DNA of 50,198 bases from a virus (Duplodnaviria; Caudoviricetes): IMG/VR virus record IMGVR_UViG_3300027868_000002, positions 1 through 50,198 of that record; one strand, written 5' to 3'. Each line of letters starts with the position of its first letter. The first letter of the stretch is position 1. This document shows, piece by piece, positions 45,280 to 50,198 of the stretch. The notes under the pieces are model-generated. The model saw only the letters and a program-made list of their open reading frames with translations. It ran no database searches and had not been told where the DNA came from. The position numbers and the translations under genes are program-made.

Positions 45280-47277
45280 TTAGTTCCACCACTTTTTGCC
45301 TTTAGCCATTAGTTCTTGATCTCTTCGCTCCTTAGCTTCCTTCCTTGCCATAAAACTATTCTCGGAATAAAACCTATTCTCTTGCCCTGTCCCTGGTTGC
45401 TGTTGCCTTTTACCATAGTTCGCAATAGCCACAGCTATAACTCTGTCACCATGACTGGCCTTAGCACCTGATGTCTCAGTTTGTGCGGCGGCAGGGCCAA
45501 CATCAATCTTGCCTTCAAACCACACGTAACTTTCCATTTCATTTATCGTCTGTTCGTCATAAAGCTTCAATGGATTGAATCGTGGTTTCTCCTTCAAACC
45601 TTCATGTAAAGCGCCATCAAGATAATTCATTACTTCAACTTTAGTGCCATTCGGCCCAGGAGTGCTTTTCCAACCATATTTGTTTCCGCTTTTAACTTTC
45701 TTACCCATCTTGTCTTCCTTGACAAATAAACTGTAATAACCCAACTCATCTACTCGCTTTAGGAAGTCAGGCATGGCGTTTTCTTCCCATATTAGTAAAG
45801 GAGGAGTATTACCGCCAACCCACTCACATAAGGCCACAACTTTCTCGGCAAAATCTATCAATGGCAAAAACGGCGTTACTAACAGCCCTTCAATGGCATT
45901 GGTATTAACATTTAATATTGCAGCAACAGAATTAGTAGTACCAGTTCCTTTTGACAAATCACATCCGACTACATAATTATGTCCCTGAAACGGCCTTTGG
46001 CTTGTCGTTAATATGCCCCACCAAGATAAGATGCCGTTTTCACCAATGTTTTCAAACCATGTATCATAGATATATCCATCATTATCAAGTGTGTAGCCAA
46101 TGTCGCCACGATAGTACGGCCTACATGTTTTGTCTCTCAACTTTTCCAGCAGACCGAATTGGAAAAACATATCGGTTGAGCCGCTGTCAATCATCAATAA
46201 GTTCTGGCTCTTTCCTCTCGGCGTAATGGCCTTGTCTCTTTCAAATTTATCTAACCAAGCAGTCCTATCGCACCCAAAATTACTGATATTACCATCAGCG
46301 ATAAAAGAGAAACATTTGGGTAAGTCAGAAAGACTATAAACAATATTATTGTCAATGGTACCAAACACCACAGGATAAGTTCTACGGTAGTATTCCACAT
46401 CTTTAATCAATACCTTTCCATCCTCAGGACTTGTGTATCTTCCCGCTCCCTGCTCTGGATTATCATAAAATGACAACTCAATCACTTTATCAGGATGATC
46501 GGCCATAATTTTAGCATAAGGATGTGCTCCACCCCAGGGGCCGGTTGTTGAATTAAATATATTTGTAGGCGCTGTGTCAGCTAAGTTTTCAATAATGTAC
46601 GAAGCTTCCTTTGGCTCTATCTGTGCGGCCTCGTCAACCAAAGCCACCCTACTTCTAAACGCCTTGCCGAATCCCAGGTTTGTAGCTTCGCCCTTAAACG
46701 CAGAACCATTTGACAAACTCTGCATAAATAGATTCTTCTTATAGATAGGTGGGCGTAGATATTCAGGCATTGTACTAAACATATACAGAAGTTTATAGAA
46801 CAACGTCTCTTCAGAGCCAATTACACTTCCATTTTTTATTTCGCTTCCATCATCAACCAGATTCTCTTTACGTGAACCTAATAAAAACCTCTCATCCTCA
46901 TTGACAATGAAGTAGAGTAAAAGTACACCAAGATTTATGTAAGTAGCGCCTTGCTTACGGCTTTTTTTGAAGAATCTATCTTGGCCATTCTCAATCGCTT
47001 GTTTAACACTTCTTACACCTGTTTCCTGATGTGGCCATAGAATAAAAAGCCAATGCTTGTGTTTTAGTTGTGAGTTGAACGTCCACAAAGAAGAATTGAA
47101 GAAAATCACAGGATCGAGAAATGACAAGGCCAAGTAGTTCGCAGTAGCCTCTTTATCAGTACATAAATACCCATGCAGGTCTTTCCTGAATGCTATATTC
47201 TCAAAAGCGTCTTTTGGTATTGCCGCAAGAAACTTATTAATAGACTTACTTATTTTGTTGTACTTCTCTGCGTTCAT
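45280..47277 (-). CDS. terL: Terminase large subunit
   Basis: KSRKQGAT Walker A, LVDEAA Walker B, NST motif III, VGCDLS.G and HGDRVIA nuclease motifs. Confidence 0.92.
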   Translation of the reverse strand: MNAEKYNKISKSINKFLAAIPKDAFENIAFRKDLHGYLCTDKEATANYLALSFLDPVIFFNSSLWTFNSQLKHKHWLFILWPHQETGVRSVKQAIENGQDRFFKKSRKQGATYINLGVLLLYFIVNEDERFLLGSRKENLVDDGSEIKNGSVIGSEETLFYKLLYMFSTMPEYLRPPIYKKNLFMQSLSNGSAFKGEATNLGFGKAFRSRVALVDEAAQIEPKEASYIIENLADTAPTNIFNSTTGPWGGAHPYAKIMADHPDKVIELSFYDNPEQGAGRYTSPEDGKVLIKDVEYYRRTYPVVFGTIDNNIVYSLSDLPKCFSFIADGNISNFGCDRTAWLDKFERDKAITPRGKSQNLLMIDSGSTDMFFQFGLLEKLRDKTCRPYYRGDIGYTLDNDGYIYDTWFENIGENGILSWWGILTTSQRPFQGHNYVVGCDLSKGTGTTNSVAAILNVNTNAIEGLLVTPFLPLIDFAEKVVALCEWVGGNTPPLLIWEENAMPDFLKRVDELGYYSLFVKEDKMGKKVKSGNKYGWKSTPGPNGTKVEVMNYLDGALHEGLKEKPRFNPLKLYDEQTINEMESYVWFEGKIDVGPAAAQTETSGAKASHGDRVIAVAIANYGKRQQQPGTGQENRFYSENSFMARKEAKERRDQELMAKGKKWWN

Positions 47278-47448
47278 TTATCTCTTAAATATCAAAACAC
47301 TTGCTATAATGCCTAAAAGTATATTTTGCACTAACGCAAGAGTGCGTGGGCCTTCCCACTCATTAAAAGTACCAAGTATTAATGTTGTATATGTTCCAAT
47401 GTAGATAAATACAAAAATAGCAATAATACATAAAGTTTTCTTAATCAT
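47278..47448 (-). CDS. 56-aa two-TM membrane protein (not in ORF track)
   Basis: AAGGAG RBS; two hydrophobic segments. Confidence 0.6.
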   Translation of the reverse strand: MIKKTLCIIAIFVFIYIGTYTTLILGTFNEWEGPRTLALVQNILLGIIASVLIFKR

Positions 47449-48074
47449 TTCTTTGTCTCCTTTTCAACTACCTCAGCTTCAATCTGTTTAGTGTCCCCAC
47501 CGCTTAGCAATTTACCGGCCAACCTATCTATTTGGTCTCCAATCAATTCGGCAGTTATGTTCAAATTAAGATTTTTGTTCTCCACCTCAACCTTCTGCTT
47601 ACTCTTAAACGCTTCTTCATCAGCCAACTTCAATTGATTGGACAAATTACACATCATAAACGTAGCCAAAGTAGCATTACCAGCTTGGTGCATTGGTATG
47701 TCCTGCTTTTCAGTCTTTAACACATTTCCTTTGGCATCATACTCAGTTTTGGTCTTAGTGGCTGTCCAATCATAACCAGTGGCCTCTCTCATTCCACTCG
47801 CGGCCAATCTCTTCAACTGCCCCCGTTTACCGTCATTACACGCCTTCTTAAAACTCGGAAAACTTCTTTTCCATCCTTTTATCGCTGATGCTGGCACATC
47901 AAACGTATATCCTAAATCATTTTCGCTAAAACCAGCCCCTATCAATCGTGCTGCTATATCATCGTATTCAGACTTATACATTGAAGTCCAATGGCCTTGT
48001 GGGGCACGTTCATCTCCTGGCTGCCACTTGACCCGCTTAACTTCTGCTTCTGTTTTTTCTTTGTTTTTAGCCAT
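47445..48074 (-). CDS. terS: Terminase small subunit
   Basis: HTH (GFSENDLGYTFDV..AI..W...PSF), ATGY, position upstream of terL. Confidence 0.8.
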   Translation of the reverse strand: MAKNKEKTEAEVKRVKWQPGDERAPQGHWTSMYKSEYDDIAARLIGAGFSENDLGYTFDVPASAIKGWKRSFPSFKKACNDGKRGQLKRLAASGMREATGYDWTATKTKTEYDAKGNVLKTEKQDIPMHQAGNATLATFMMCNLSNQLKLADEEAFKSKQKVEVENKNLNLNITAELIGDQIDRLAGKLLSGGDTKQIEAEVVEKETKK

Positions 48075-48081
48075 TTGAATT

Positions 48082-48125
48082 AAAAAATGGGAAGGGTGTC
48101 ATCAGTATCCGTGACTCCCCTTCCC
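48082..48125 (-). terminator. Terminator/attenuator immediately upstream of terS
   Basis: GGGAAGGG.GTCA/TGAC.CCCTTCCC stem plus ATTTTTT on - strand. Confidence 0.7.
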
Positions 48126-48170
48126 CAATCGGATAAATATATGTATAATCATCAAAGTTAAAGTGTGTTT

Positions 48171-48389
48171 TCATTCTTCTAATTTATCTATACGACTATC
48201 TAATTCACACAAAGTCTGACATACATGAATGGCATACTCATTCCAGTCTTCATTATTATCAAATAATGCTTGACTACATCTATATGCCATTTCATTGATT
48301 ACTTGTGTTTTGTTTTTAAGTTTTAGATAATCTATTGTGAATAAAGTCAAACATATTCCCAACGCAAAAATAACAATATTCTTAGTCAT
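48171..48389 (-). CDS. Small membrane-anchored protein
   Basis: AGGAG RBS; N-terminal TM. Confidence 0.65.
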   Translation of the reverse strand: MTKNIVIFALGICLTLFTIDYLKLKNKTQVINEMAYRCSQALFDNNEDWNEYAIHVCQTLCELDSRIDKLEE

Positions 48390-48451
48390 TTCTTGTCTCC
48401 TAATTCGGCTATATTCATTATAGCTTCACATCTACTCAAAGTATTATAGGG

Positions 48452-48730
48452 TTATACGATATTCAAACTAATGCGATTTCTGTGTGATACTTCTGTACGC
48501 CCAATTTCAAGGCGACTAAGCATTTTATTACATTGTTCATCTGTTTCAGCACCTAAACCAAACACAAGATTCTCTGTTCCTCTAATCTTATCCACAAAAT
48601 CAACAACCGTGTAAAGCACAGTTCCTTGCAGATTGAATGGTTTAGTACACACGGCATATCTTTTTCCTAAAGCCCTAATTTTATATGGCCTCTTTTCTTC
48701 TTCAAATTCAATCTTATCTCCAGTTTTCAT
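48452..48730 (-). CDS. Hypothetical phage protein
   Basis: CTKPFN..TVLYT..D...RG.ENLVF...EVSHRN. Confidence 0.75.
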   Translation of the reverse strand: MKTGDKIEFEEEKRPYKIRALGKRYAVCTKPFNLQGTVLYTVVDFVDKIRGTENLVFGLGAETDEQCNKMLSRLEIGRTEVSHRNRISLNIV

Positions 48731-49145
48731 GTCACTCTTTCAAAACATTATAGGACTATACCTTTTTTCTCATCCAAAATTGAGAAATATTTCTCTAACA
48801 GTATACCACCCTTCTCACTCCGATTCATCAAGGGACGTACCTCCCCCCTCCCGCTTGTGTGCATGAGATGTAGTGTGTTGCATGAACGAATGATTGTATG
48901 GCTTTATGTTCAACCGTTGGCCGATCAACGCTGCCGAGCCAAGCACTAATGGCCGTGCCACTGTCAATGTAGTAGTAGCCAAAGCGATGCGGACAATAGC
49001 TTGCCCATGTTATTGGTTCACTATCTGTCAAACAACGCTCAAGCGGAATGGGCCAACTGTATTGTTCGCCGCTTAGTACGGTACATGGTGTTTGGTTAAG
49101 GCCTAACAGACGTTTGATTAAACCGGAAAGTTTTTTATTTTCTGT

Positions 49146-49174
49146 TTGCATTTTGTTTCTTTATATGTTATAGT
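49146..49174 (+). promoter_or_regulatory. Sigma70-type promoter for 49216..49527
   Basis: TTGCAT-17 nt-TATAGT with TGn. Confidence 0.6.
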
Positions 49175-49215
49175 TTATGTATGGCGATAGTGCCGAATTG
49201 GAGGAGAATTGAAAA

Positions 49216-49527
49216 ATGTCAAGAGTAAAAATAGGTATGAACGGCGACAAAGTAGTGTGGGGCAAAACACGCAACATAGTCTCATACTATGAATTGTCAA
49301 CAAAATGGCAAGCCGAAGCAAGATCAAACAGTAATGACTATGAAGATACAAACTACTTAGAACCACTTGCAAGCCAAAATCCGACCAAACATGTTTTGTG
49401 GGATTTGTCTGAATGTATGCGAGTAGATGACCCCAACATGGACGGGGTTATTAGCATTAGTAACAATAGTGCAATGGCCGTCAAACTGTCTGATTGTGGC
49501 ACAGTTGCAATTATATGGTTTTTATAA
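49216..49527 (+). CDS. Hypothetical protein
   Basis: GGAGGAG RBS, own promoter. Confidence 0.7.
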   Translation: MSRVKIGMNGDKVVWGKTRNIVSYYELSTKWQAEARSNSNDYEDTNYLEPLASQNPTKHVLWDLSECMRVDDPNMDGVISISNNSAMAVKLSDCGTVAIIWFL

Positions 49528-49585
49528 ACTTGCCAAAGAATCTATCTACTACGTTTGTAGTATTACAACTGTAGTAGATACAACT

Positions 49586-49614
49586 ATTCTAACATAGGTT
49601 TTCGGGTTTGTCAA
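49586..49614 (-). promoter_or_regulatory. Leftward sigma70 promoter
   Basis: TTGACA-17 nt-TAGAAT with TGn on - strand. Confidence 0.7.
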
Positions 49615-49745
49615 GGGAAAAATTGGAATTGAGAGGAAAAAAATTGAGATGGATATAAGTATTCGCTTATATACCAAAGGCTAAAGCCATACAACACAAG
49701 GACTTAGGTTTGTTGAAATATTTTTTATTTTATCGGATTTTTTAT

Positions 49746-49774
49746 TTGCATTAGTGGTAAAAAGTTGTTATAAT
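49746..49774 (+). promoter_or_regulatory. Rightward early sigma70 promoter
   Basis: TTGCAT-17 nt-TATAAT with TGn. Confidence 0.75.
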
Positions 49775-49830
49775 ATGGTATAGAGTAAAAGATTTCACCG
49801 AATTTTGATAGTTTAATGAAAGGATAAAAT

Positions 49831-50016
49831 ATGTTAGATTATAATGAGAAAATTGACCATCATTTGAATTTGGCAGCAGAGCATGAGAAAGCCGGAGATT
49901 TACCAAAGGCTGAAACAGAGTTTAAGCGGGCTGTGTTTTATGATGCTCGGAATCAGGGTATTGATGTAAAACAACACGTAGCTGGTTGCTGCCCGGTACA
50001 TCCTGTGCAAGACTAA
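49831..50016 (+). CDS. Small helical (TPR-like) protein
   Basis: GAAAGGA RBS; LA..H...GD..KA..EFKRA. Confidence 0.65.
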   Translation: MLDYNEKIDHHLNLAAEHEKAGDLPKAETEFKRAVFYDARNQGIDVKQHVAGCCPVHPVQD

Positions 50017-50071
50017 TCAGCAAGGCCGAGCAAGACGATGTTTCCGCTTGCTTGTGCCTTATTGGTTAAAT

Positions 50072-50198
50072 TTTGAAAGGATAGAACGATGATAGCACTT
50101 AAATTTATAATGATATGTTCAGCGATTAGTTTTGTATGTTCGTTGTGGGCGGATTATTTGTTGGAGGATTAAAATAATGAGAACACAATATAACAATG
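50072..50198. repeat. Terminal direct repeat, copy 2
   Basis: Identical to 1-127. Confidence 0.95.

Noticed and set aside
24500-46339. Numerous + strand ORFs inside the virion arm, and - strand ORFs inside the replication arm
   Set aside because: Antisense shadows of long, motif-bearing genes; no RBS or recognisable motifs
48828-49151. 107-aa minus-strand ORF as a real gene
   Set aside because: No RBS, overlaps the -35 of a + strand promoter, atypical composition
49681-49707. CTAAAGCC...GGACTTAG imperfect palindrome as att/dif site
   Set aside because: Weak symmetry, single copy and no recombinase in the genome
1-50198. CRISPR array, diversity-generating retroelement, intein/intron, alternative genetic code
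   Set aside because: No regularly spaced repeats, reverse transcriptase, TR/VR pair or intein motifs seen; long genes are intact under the standard bacterial code

Overview
The window appears to be a complete, circularly assembled ~50.07 kb tailed-phage genome: bases 1-127 are identical to 50072-50198. It has podovirus-like morphogenesis genes (terminase, portal, scaffold, major capsid protein, duplicated adaptor proteins, split nozzle, fibres, ejection proteins, no tape measure). No integrase or repressor was recognised. The + arm (~49.8 kb across the join to 23.8 kb) carries early, host-interaction, nucleotide-metabolism, replication and recombination genes. The - arm (~48.7 to 23.75 kb) carries virion genes. 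A PEP-CTERM protein, EPN repeats and GAAAGG-type ribosome-binding sites suggest a Planctomycetota (Phycisphaerae-like) host; this is inference. The most striking observation is a family A DNA polymerase whose catalytic motif C hairpin (IILPVYDELQIE) lies upstream of motif A and is missing from its canonical position, implying an internally permuted palm domain. Other highlights are a phage-encoded PEP-CTERM cysteine peptidase, a histone-fold candidate, two tandem tRNA-like structured RNAs, a membrane-anchored trypsin-like protease with no recognisable endolysin, and a terminator directly in front of terS. All family assignments come from motif recognition by eye; no database searches were run.
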